Virus record (IMG/VR): IMGVR_UViG_3300037484_001941
Coordinates: 3,171-67,170 of that record
From: a virus
Lineage: Duplodnaviria; Caudoviricetes
Length of the DNA: 64,000 bases
Reading direction: 5' to 3' (one strand)
Position 1 is the first letter of the stretch. Each line of letters starts with the position of its first letter. Under the pieces are notes generated by a model, which saw only the letters and a program-made list of their open reading frames with translations, did no database searches and had not been told where the DNA came from. A program made the translations under genes and the position numbers. Shown here in pieces: positions 56,834-64,000 of the stretch.

Positions 56834-57547
56834 ATGGCCGATAAGAAGACAGAAGAGCAGGAGCTCAAAGACATTTTTGGTGATAAGAGATATTTCATCA
56901 ATGACGGACCAGGTGGGGACGGGAAAAAGTATTACCTAGATAGTGCCGACGTGGACGAAGTAAGAAACGCAGACTGGCATTATTCAAAGACATACAACGA
57001 GGCCCTGCTTGCTGGAGTGACTACTGCCGCACAGATGGCAGACATTCTGGAAGAGCGTAGCATAACTGGTAAGTCCTATGAGGAAAAGCGCCAGACCCTT
57101 ATTAAGGATCTTGACGACTCCGTAGAGAAGCTCACCACAGCTAGCGGTCTTGACGATAAGAAAGCCCTTGCAACAAGGGTAGAAGAGTTACGAAACCAGT
57201 TGTTCAGGCATAATCAGAGGGCCGCAAGCCCAATGAGTAATACCTGTGAGCAGTTGGCAGAGGACGCCAGGGTGGAATATTTAACTTCCGCCATGATCAA
57301 GGATGACCAGGGCAACAGGGTGTGGGACTCTTATGGTTCATATAAGACTACCAATAGACCTCAACTTGCCATGCGATCCCGATATGAGATCATGCTGGCC
57401 TTACAGGGGTTAGATAGTGACTTTTTGTCCAAGACTCCGGAGGCACTGGCCCGAGAAGAGATCAAACAACTCGAATCAGGGGAGTCTAAAACCGATGCGG
57501 CTGACAAGCCTACTGGTAAGAAAGACAAGAAACCTGCCAAAAACTAA
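56834..57547 (+). CDS. putative tail assembly chaperone 1
   Basis: Helical; between the tube gene and the giant gene. Positional inference. Confidence 0.55.
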   Translation: MADKKTEEQELKDIFGDKRYFINDGPGGDGKKYYLDSADVDEVRNADWHYSKTYNEALLAGVTTAAQMADILEERSITGKSYEEKRQTLIKDLDDSVEKLTTASGLDDKKALATRVEELRNQLFRHNQRAASPMSNTCEQLAEDARVEYLTSAMIKDDQGNRVWDSYGSYKTTNRPQLAMRSRYEIMLALQGLDSDFLSKTPEALAREEIKQLESGESKTDAADKPTGKKDKKPAKN

Positions 57548-57615
57548 GTCAATAAAAAGGAGAGGGCGGGCGGCCTTAGGTTGCCCGTATCCTCCTTGTA
57601 TTAGGAGGGGATAAA

Positions 57616-58725
57616 ATGGCTATTGACTGGTCCTTAGAAGAACTACAATTAGCACTAGATGAAATAGTTACCGGGGAGAAGCTTGTGGAAATCCACGATA
57701 AGAGCGGAGAGTCTATCTTTGTTCTTTTCAAGTACCCGTCTAAATCAGACATGCGAAATTCTGACATGAAGATGAAGCAGAAAATACAGCATGCTGTTAG
57801 AGAGAAGTTTCTTACCGAGCAGCAGATGTTGGACATCATCCGCCAGAGACGTATTTGGACGGAAGACGACGACGAGCTCATCGAGGATTTTAAAGAGAAA
57901 ATAGCAAAATGGAAAGATAAGCTCACTAACCCAGACCTGACCGAGAGAACAAGACAGACAGTTAAAGAGGCCATTCAAGGTTTTGAAAATAAGGTGTTCG
58001 AGGCTGAATACAAGAAAGAGATAATGCTGGTGAATACAGCGGAAAGAAAGGGCCGCCAAGAAAAGTTTGAGTATTTAGCTTGGAGCTCAAGTTATGACCC
58101 AGAAACCGGAGAAAGGCTCTGGAATAATTATCTAACTTACTGTAGATTGATGGATGCTCCATTAAAGAACAATCTATTAGGTGAGTTCATTAAGTATCTG
58201 GGCGGAAGGAAGACCGAGGAAATACGATATATTGCTAGAAGTAACCTGTGGAGGATCTGTTACGTCATAGCACAAAAAACTAACACACCACTCTTCCCTA
58301 GAGCAGTAGTTGATTTGACACCTGACCAAACTAACCTAGCTTGGTGGGCTGGTTATTACGACGGTATATACCAGATGATGCCAGAAGATATACCAGATGA
58401 CTACACTATAGAAAATGATGAAGCACTCGATGCTTACATGGAAGACCTGCACAAGGAACGGTCTCAAGAAAGACAGGACGCTAAGAGAGATAAGAAGAAC
58501 CCGTTTGGGGCTAAGTCTGCAAGGAATATGAAGGAACAGCTGATTATGCGCACTAACCCGGATTACTTGGATAATGAGTATGACAAGATTCCGGGAGACA
58601 AAGCATTGCATCAAGGAACTGACTTGTCCTTGAAAGACGAAGCGGGTGCCGGTACTAAGGCTGCTTTGCAAAGAAGCAAGCAAATAGTAGGCAGCAAACG
58701 GTTCAACAAAGAAAATCAAACTTAG
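57616..58725 (+). CDS. putative tail assembly chaperone 2
   Basis: Helical, with YDGIYQMMPEDIPDDYTIENDEALDAY segment; immediately before the giant gene. Confidence 0.55.
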   Translation: MAIDWSLEELQLALDEIVTGEKLVEIHDKSGESIFVLFKYPSKSDMRNSDMKMKQKIQHAVREKFLTEQQMLDIIRQRRIWTEDDDELIEDFKEKIAKWKDKLTNPDLTERTRQTVKEAIQGFENKVFEAEYKKEIMLVNTAERKGRQEKFEYLAWSSSYDPETGERLWNNYLTYCRLMDAPLKNNLLGEFIKYLGGRKTEEIRYIARSNLWRICYVIAQKTNTPLFPRAVVDLTPDQTNLAWWAGYYDGIYQMMPEDIPDDYTIENDEALDAYMEDLHKERSQERQDAKRDKKNPFGAKSARNMKEQLIMRTNPDYLDNEYDKIPGDKALHQGTDLSLKDEAGAGTKAALQRSKQIVGSKRFNKENQT

Positions 58726-58744
58726 GAGAGCTTAGACCGTTACC

Positions 58745-61700
58745 ATGGCGGAAGAATATACTTTTAACATCAGACTAAAAGTAAACGAAGAAACCACCAA
58801 GTCCAGCCCTGATGCTGGAAAGGGTAGTGGTGAATTCGAGCGCTTGCTAAACAAAGCTACTGATGTTTTAAGGGACATCAGCTCTTTGGATATCAGGTCA
58901 CTTAAAGGGGCCATGGGCTCTCGCGGCGGGTCTAAGGATTATGCCAGTGACAGGATCAAGGCTGAAAAGAGTGCTATTGAGGAGCAGATAGCCTTGTTGC
59001 GTGGGCTGAGAGCTTTTGCTCCGTCTATAAGCACTTCAGACTGGTCAGCTGGGAAGGGGAACGCCGACCCTACTAAGAAATTTGAGAAAGCTTACGAGAA
59101 GCCACAAGAAAAAGCTGAACTACAGGCAGAGCTCCGCAGGGAGCTTGACAGACAATTCCACTCTATAAATCAAACCACAGATACAATCAAGAGAAGTCTG
59201 GAGCAGCAGAGGCAGACTTTCCTAGACTACCATAATGAGATAAAGGCTCTGAGAGCTCCATCTACAACTACTACTTTTGCAGGGGAGCGAATAACTGTCC
59301 AACCAGAGCGTTCATTGCAGCAGATGGTTGCTCCTAACATATTCACCAGACAACTGGAGTTGCAGATCGAGAAACTAGCTAAAGTCTCTAAAGACCAGCT
59401 AGCCAAAGAGATGCTTAGAATTAAGTCGTTCATGGACGACACCTACGGAGAGATAGACACTGCATTGGGTCAGGTGGGCTACGAGGCTCACAATAGGGCC
59501 AAGCAGGAAGTCAGTAAGGTAAAAGAGCAGCTGGATAAAATAGTTGCTTCTGGAGATCCTCAGAAAATAAGCCAAGAGACTGAGGCAGCCCTTAAATCTG
59601 GACAGCTGACAAAACAAATTAGCGACATGAGGCGATCTATTGAGGACGCCTCGGCTGTGTTCTCCAAGGAGCTAGGGGCCGAAATGGACAAGGCCCGCAA
59701 GTCTTTTGAACAATTCCAAAGAAATATAGTTTTTACATTCCAGAGACCTCAGTTCTTTGACCCGGCTGGCCCGGAGTTCCGAGACATAGAATCTATGAGT
59801 TCCCGAAAGGGTATGGGTATGCCTATAGGTGGTAGATACGCTGGTGCCCCTAGAATAACTTTTGATGAGAAGGGCATGGCTAAGTACCAGATAGTAGACG
59901 TTAAAGCTCTGGCACGAGAGACTGCTAATATAATGCAAGCCTCAGGACTGAAGCAAGCCTTGGGAACCGACTTCAGCGCCTCTCTACAGAAAGCTATAGA
60001 CAGATATTTAGACGAACATCAGATCTCCAGAAGAATTGAAACCTTGATGTCCTTCTCCGTGAATGACCTGAAGAGGATACAACTTGACCTGATTAATTTA
60101 GCACAGAAAGAATTGAGATCCAAGGTGGGGGACCAAGAGGGACAACGTCGGCTAGACGTATTCCAGAAATATATAGAGGGCATGACAAATCAGCAGCTTT
60201 CTGTTCCATCTATGTATAAGAGCTCAAGGGGAGCTGGTATAATCAGAGACCCAGAGCGCGGGGAATATCTCACCCTTAGTAGATACGTAGAAGCACGACC
60301 TGGTATAAATGAACTAGAAGATAAGTTTATGCGTCCAGTAATGGATGCTATTAGAAAACTAAACTTTAGGCCACAAGAACAGCCCGAGTGGATGAGAGAG
60401 CTTGGGAAGGTAGTAAAAGACTTCTGGGTTAGAACCAGACCAGCCGAAGGCCACGGAGTAGGTACCGGAATGGAGGCCGCCTCAAGAGAGACATTACACA
60501 GGGTTAAGAACTCTTTTGACCGGGTAGCAGATTTCCTTAAGCAGACTCGCGGTCCGAGAGCAGGTCGGGCGATCTCAGAGGTGCAGGAGTTAAAGAAGCA
60601 GTTCTTTGATGAATACCACCGAGCCTTAAGGGAGTCCATAAGAACTACAGAAGAGAAGATCCTGAAGGAAGAAGTAGTCAGTGGGAGAAGAAAGCTCCCC
60701 GAGGCGTTGGAGTCTAAGTATAGAGAACAGTTGAAACCCTTAGTTGGCAAGGGCGCTCGCTATGAAATGATCCCTGAGCCTGTAGTGGGTTTCTTGAGAC
60801 AGGAGAGTGTAAAGGCCGCCCGCAAGATAGAGGCTATTCCTGTAGACAAGTTAGAATCTCGTATGCAACAAGTTTCCCAGCAGGAGAAACAAATTATAGG
60901 GAAGTCTGACTATGCCAATCGAGCGTGGCAAAGGGCCTTGGAAGAGTTTTCTAAGTATCGACAGGTTGATTTTTATAATCTATTGAACAGAGCAGCATCC
61001 TTTTCTAAAGAGGGAGCAAACGAGCTGGAGAGGCTGCGTAATAGTCTGTCTGCAGCAGGCCGCCTGAGCAATGAGTCCTATTTTCAAGAACTTTTACAGC
61101 AACAATTTAAGAAAGTATTTGACCCCATCAAAGAAAAGGTTCCGGAAGAACACGAGGCTATGCAAAAGCATGAAGTCTATGGTAAGTCTAAAGTTGTAAC
61201 TATACAGCCTAAGATACCTGGTATGGACGCTGGCCCAAGCTCTTACGGAGTGCCAGTCGATCTGCAGGCCAAAAAGAGATTCATTGTACAGCGTAACCTG
61301 GAGATGGAGGATCTCTTTGAGAAAGAAATGCTCCGCGGCATCGACAAGGCAATGAAAAAGCTTGGTCCAAATATCGAAAGACTAGCTACTGTTGGTTTGA
61401 ACGAAGCATCTGCTGCCGGTGACAAAGACTGGGGGGAACAGTTCGTAGAAAAATTCTTCAAAGGAAAAATGTTACAGCCTTTCGCTTCTTATGACCCAAG
61501 GCAGACTGAGGCTTTCGGACGTTCTATAAACCCAGCTCGCCCCACTGGAGCAGCTTGGGATTCCCTCGCTGGTTTGGAGTTCAACGCTGTACGCTCTAGA
61601 AAAGCACAAGATCTTATTAAGACAGGCCAGTTTGGTACTTACGGAACTGGCCTCAATTTGACTACAGTTTTGAAAGACGTCTCCCAGGGGTTTGAGGATC

Positions 61701-64000
61701 TTTACGAGATAGGCCGCAGGGCTCAAGAGCTCGCAACCTTCAAATACAAAAAAGAGATAGTTGCTAATCTAAAGTCTGCCCCTGAGTTACTCAAAGGTAA
61801 AACCATTAAATATTTAGAAGACCTGGGAAGCGAGATCTTCGGAGCCCCAGTCTCTATTAAGGGTATGGCTGATGAAACCTTTGTTACTGACATAGTGAAA
61901 AGGTGGGCGCAGTCCCCTAAAGGTCCAGTCGAAGAGAACATAGTGGAAATGCTAGATAGTTACTTGGGGCACGAAGCTCGTAAGTTATCTTCAGGGCAGG
62001 TTATGAAAGGCGTAGGGGCCACTATTTTTGGGCGGATGAAGGGCGGTGGCAAAGACCTTGAAGAGGAAGTTGCAGCGAAAGCCAAGAAGGGTATGTTTCC
62101 TAAGGTGAAGTTTCAAGACATAGGGGAGTTAATAGATGTACCTAAAGATTTTGAGCAACTATTTACTGAACTGATTAAGGCTAGAAAAGACCTGAGCCCA
62201 GAAAAAGCCCAGCAGGCACTAGACATGATTAAGGGAACCAGAAATATGGTTATGATGTCTAGCCAGCATCTAAAAGAATTTAAGATGTCACCACTGGAAT
62301 ATGGCACCGGAAAAGTGATGGGACAGGAAGGCTCCCTTAGCTTAGAGCAGAGAAAGAAGGCCCTGGGAGATCTGTTGGGGATCAACTTTTCGAGTGGGTC
62401 TTCTATGAAGGGCATAACTGCAGACATGGAAAAGGTTCGAGACGAATACCGCAAGACAGTGGGCAGTGAGCTTACTAAAGAGGCCCCCGTAGATCTACGA
62501 ATCTCCGCTTCTGGAATAGGAAAGGGATCTCGTATGATTGGTGGTAACTTGGCTGAGTTGATTACTAACAACATTATTGGAAACCTACGCTCTAAGGCCC
62601 TTAAGGGCGAAACCCTAATGGAACAAATTCAAAGGGAACCACTAGCCAGAGTTATGGTGGAAGATACAGCCTCCGGCATTGAAGCTCGTAAGCTTGCTCA
62701 ACAGTATAAGGAAGCTCTAAATCTCAAGGGCAAATATGGAGAGGAGTTTGTCTTTTCTCAGGGCGACCAAATGGAGAAGGCCATAGCTGGCACAATACAC
62801 ATGATGGTGATGAAGGAGCCTAAGGGGTGGGTCCCTAAGGGGGCTGAGCACCTTGTTAAAGGGGCTTCTAAGATGACTATTGACCCACACGCCTGGTTTG
62901 GCCTACAGAAACTGTTTGAGCCAGGCGGGGCTATGATGCGTGAATTTACCACCAGATCCTTTCCGGAGGCGAGGGAGGCAGGGTCTTTTATAGATGCTCT
63001 ACGGTCATTTGCCAAACTAAGAGAGGATGAAATTCGTCAGGATAAAACCAGACGAGTAATAGGGGTTGAGGAGCTTACTAAAGAGGGGTCCTCCGGTTAC
63101 GTTGCCCCACTAAAGAGAAAAGCCACTGTCGCTGATTTGGGTGACACTATATTTGACGCCTTCAAGTTTGGTAAAGCCTTGACTTTGCAACTCCCTGAGC
63201 CTTCAGATGAGATGGCAGAAACAATAGCCAAAGACGTACAAGAGAAGATCAAGAAGGGCGAACAGGTAATGCCCGTTAAGAAGGCCATAGAAATTCCGGA
63301 GATAACCGCACGCCAGTATGTCACATCAGAGACAGGAGAGGTTTTGCCCTCCACAGTCTCCAGGTATCTATCCGAATTGGTAGAAGCCACAAGAAGATAC
63401 TATAAGCTACAGGGCCCCACTGAGAGCCCAGAGATAGCAGAGATGAAAAGGACTTTCATTAATGCAATAGTAGGAGATTTTTATAACAAGTTCCACTCTG
63501 TACGAGAGGTTGATGTTAAGAAAGAGCTACTAGGGAAACTGGAAGACCAAGTTCTGTCCCTCGTCGGCCAGCAGAAAATGCCTCAATTCTCTGCTAAGTC
63601 CTCCCTTATAACTGACCCCAATGACCCGCATAAAGCATGGTTTCCGACCCTCTATTCTAGGTTGGGCGAAGATCAGATTAAGGGCCTAGAAGAGGGCATG
63701 AAAAGCGGGATAACTATAAAGGAAGCTTACGAGAAACATATCAAACCCAGCGTGGATGACTCTGTAACAAGCCAAAACTACTTAGCTAGATTACTGAGGG
63801 ACCTAGTTGCTGGTCCAGTTATTTATTCTAAGGATGTCAAAAAGATAGGGGAGACTGTAACCAAAGATATTTCCTCTGGATTAGAGAAGGGCTTTGATAT
63901 AAAAGACCTAGTGTCTGATAAGTCTATGGATAGTTTATTAAAAGACTTCAGACAGTATGAAGTAACTAGGGACGAGCGAGGCAAAGTTTCCGGATATAAG
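58745..64000 (+). CDS. giant virion protein (>=1752 aa, 3' end outside the window) at the tape-measure position, containing RNA polymerase beta/beta-prime-like motifs
   Basis: ATG at 58745. Stretches translated by hand (including all of 61200-64000) are open, and the track has no + strand call here, as expected for an unterminated frame. N-terminal helical/coiled-coil region, then GLN...GFED, GKVMG...MKG, PVD...SRM and GTIHMMVM motifs. Confidence 0.85.
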   Translation, partial: MAEEYTFNIRLKVNEETTKSSPDAGKGSGEFERLLNKATDVLRDISSLDIRSLKGAMGSRGGSKDYASDRIKAEKSAIEEQIALLRGLRAFAPSISTSDWSAGKGNADPTKKFEKAYEKPQEKAELQAELRRELDRQFHSINQTTDTIKRSLEQQRQTFLDYHNEIKALRAPSTTTTFAGERITVQPERSLQQMVAPNIFTRQLELQIEKLAKVSKDQLAKEMLRIKSFMDDTYGEIDTALGQVGYEAHNRAKQEVSKVKEQLDKIVASGDPQKISQETEAALKSGQLTKQISDMRRSIEDASAVFSKELGAEMDKARKSFEQFQRNIVFTFQRPQFFDPAGPEFRDIESMSSRKGMGMPIGGRYAGAPRITFDEKGMAKYQIVDVKALARETANIMQASGLKQALGTDFSASLQKAIDRYLDEHQISRRIETLMSFSVNDLKRIQLDLINLAQKELRSKVGDQEGQRRLDVFQKYIEGMTNQQLSVPSMYKSSRGAGIIRDPERGEYLTLSRYVEARPGINELEDKFMRPVMDAIRKLNFRPQEQPEWMRELGKVVKDFWVRTRPAEGHGVGTGMEAASRETLHRVKNSFDRVADFLKQTRGPRAGRAISEVQELKKQFFDEYHRALRESIRTTEEKILKEEVVSGRRKLPEALESKYREQLKPLVGKGARYEMIPEPVVGFLRQESVKAARKIEAIPVDKLESRMQQVSQQEKQIIGKSDYANRAWQRALEEFSKYRQVDFYNLLNRAASFSKEGANELERLRNSLSAAGRLSNESYFQELLQQQFKKVFDPIKEKVPEEHEAMQKHEVYGKSKVVTIQPKIPGMDAGPSSYGVPVDLQAKKRFIVQRNLEMEDLFEKEMLRGIDKAMKKLGPNIERLATVGLNEASAAGDKDWGEQFVEKFFKGKMLQPFASYDPRQTEAFGRSINPARPTGAAWDSLAGLEFNAVRSRKAQDLIKTGQFGTYGTGLNLTTVLKDVSQGFEDLYEIGRRAQELATFKYKKEIVANLKSAPELLKGKTIKYLEDLGSEIFGAPVSIKGMADETFVTDIVKRWAQSPKGPVEENIVEMLDSYLGHEARKLSSGQVMKGVGATIFGRMKGGGKDLEEEVAAKAKKGMFPKVKFQDIGELIDVPKDFEQLFTELIKARKDLSPEKAQQALDMIKGTRNMVMMSSQHLKEFKMSPLEYGTGKVMGQEGSLSLEQRKKALGDLLGINFSSGSSMKGITADMEKVRDEYRKTVGSELTKEAPVDLRISASGIGKGSRMIGGNLAELITNNIIGNLRSKALKGETLMEQIQREPLARVMVEDTASGIEARKLAQQYKEALNLKGKYGEEFVFSQGDQMEKAIAGTIHMMVMKEPKGWVPKGAEHLVKGASKMTIDPHAWFGLQKLFEPGGAMMREFTTRSFPEAREAGSFIDALRSFAKLREDEIRQDKTRRVIGVEELTKEGSSGYVAPLKRKATVADLGDTIFDAFKFGKALTLQLPEPSDEMAETIAKDVQEKIKKGEQVMPVKKAIEIPEITARQYVTSETGEVLPSTVSRYLSELVEATRRYYKLQGPTESPEIAEMKRTFINAIVGDFYNKFHSVREVDVKKELLGKLEDQVLSLVGQQKMPQFSAKSSLITDPNDPHKAWFPTLYSRLGEDQIKGLEEGMKSGITIKEAYEKHIKPSVDDSVTSQNYLARLLRDLVAGPVIYSKDVKKIGETVTKDISSGLEKGFDIKDLVSDKSMDSLLKDFRQYEVTRDERGKVSGYK

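Noticed and set aside
57500-57616. Programmed frameshift fusing the two tail chaperones
   Set aside because: No XXXYYYZ slippery site at the end of the first gene, and both shifted frames stop (57553 and 57612) before the second gene.
59820-59910. PD-(D/E)xK nuclease-like segment (YQIVDVK) in the giant ORF
   Set aside because: The upstream catalytic Asp is not evident and the match is too short.
61360-61400. LGPNIERL resembling RNAP beta EGPNIGLI
   Set aside because: Four-residue match without the preceding CPxETPE context, so it was not used as evidence.
1-64000. Stop-codon reassignment (alternative genetic code), as seen in some large phages
   Set aside because: Code-11 ORFs tile the window densely, conserved genes are unbroken, and TAA, TAG and TGA all end genes at sensible positions.
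1-64000. CRISPR array, tRNA or rRNA genes
   Set aside because: No regularly spaced direct repeats were seen, and the only T-arm-like GGTTCGACTCC belongs to the tmRNA. This was a visual scan, so a degenerate element could be missed.

Overview
The whole window reads as part of a large tailed dsDNA bacteriophage genome in the standard genetic code. The host is probably a diderm, inferred from a spanin-like lipoprotein pair. 1-5420 is a leftward accessory operon: LAGLIDADG endonuclease, peptide deformylase-SEC-C, metacaspase-like protease, DPPY methyltransferase and DHH phosphoesterase. An AT-rich divergent control region follows. Everything from 5964 runs rightward: GroES, HNH, HU, an atypical receiver, an enlarged tmRNA, ParB-like, SLOG, clamp-loader subunits, Met aminopeptidase and an actin-like ATPase. 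Next come terminase, portal, prohead protease, many virion and tail-fibre genes including two Kelch-repeat paralogues, scaffold, decoration and major capsid genes. A lysis cassette runs directly into a complete two-component system, followed by neck, tail tube and chaperone genes. The top observation is the unterminated giant ORF at 58745->64000 (at least 1752 codons, missing from the supplied ORF track). It sits where the tape-measure gene is expected, yet by manual translation it carries ordered motifs of the RNA polymerase beta double-psi barrel followed by a beta-prime-like segment. This suggests a tape-measure-position protein fused to a virion two-barrel RNA polymerase; the catalytic DxDGD motif would lie beyond the window. 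A repeated intergenic 12-mer (WATTARCTAACY) precedes the main late operons. All family assignments come from motifs recognised by eye; no database searches or folding programs were run.
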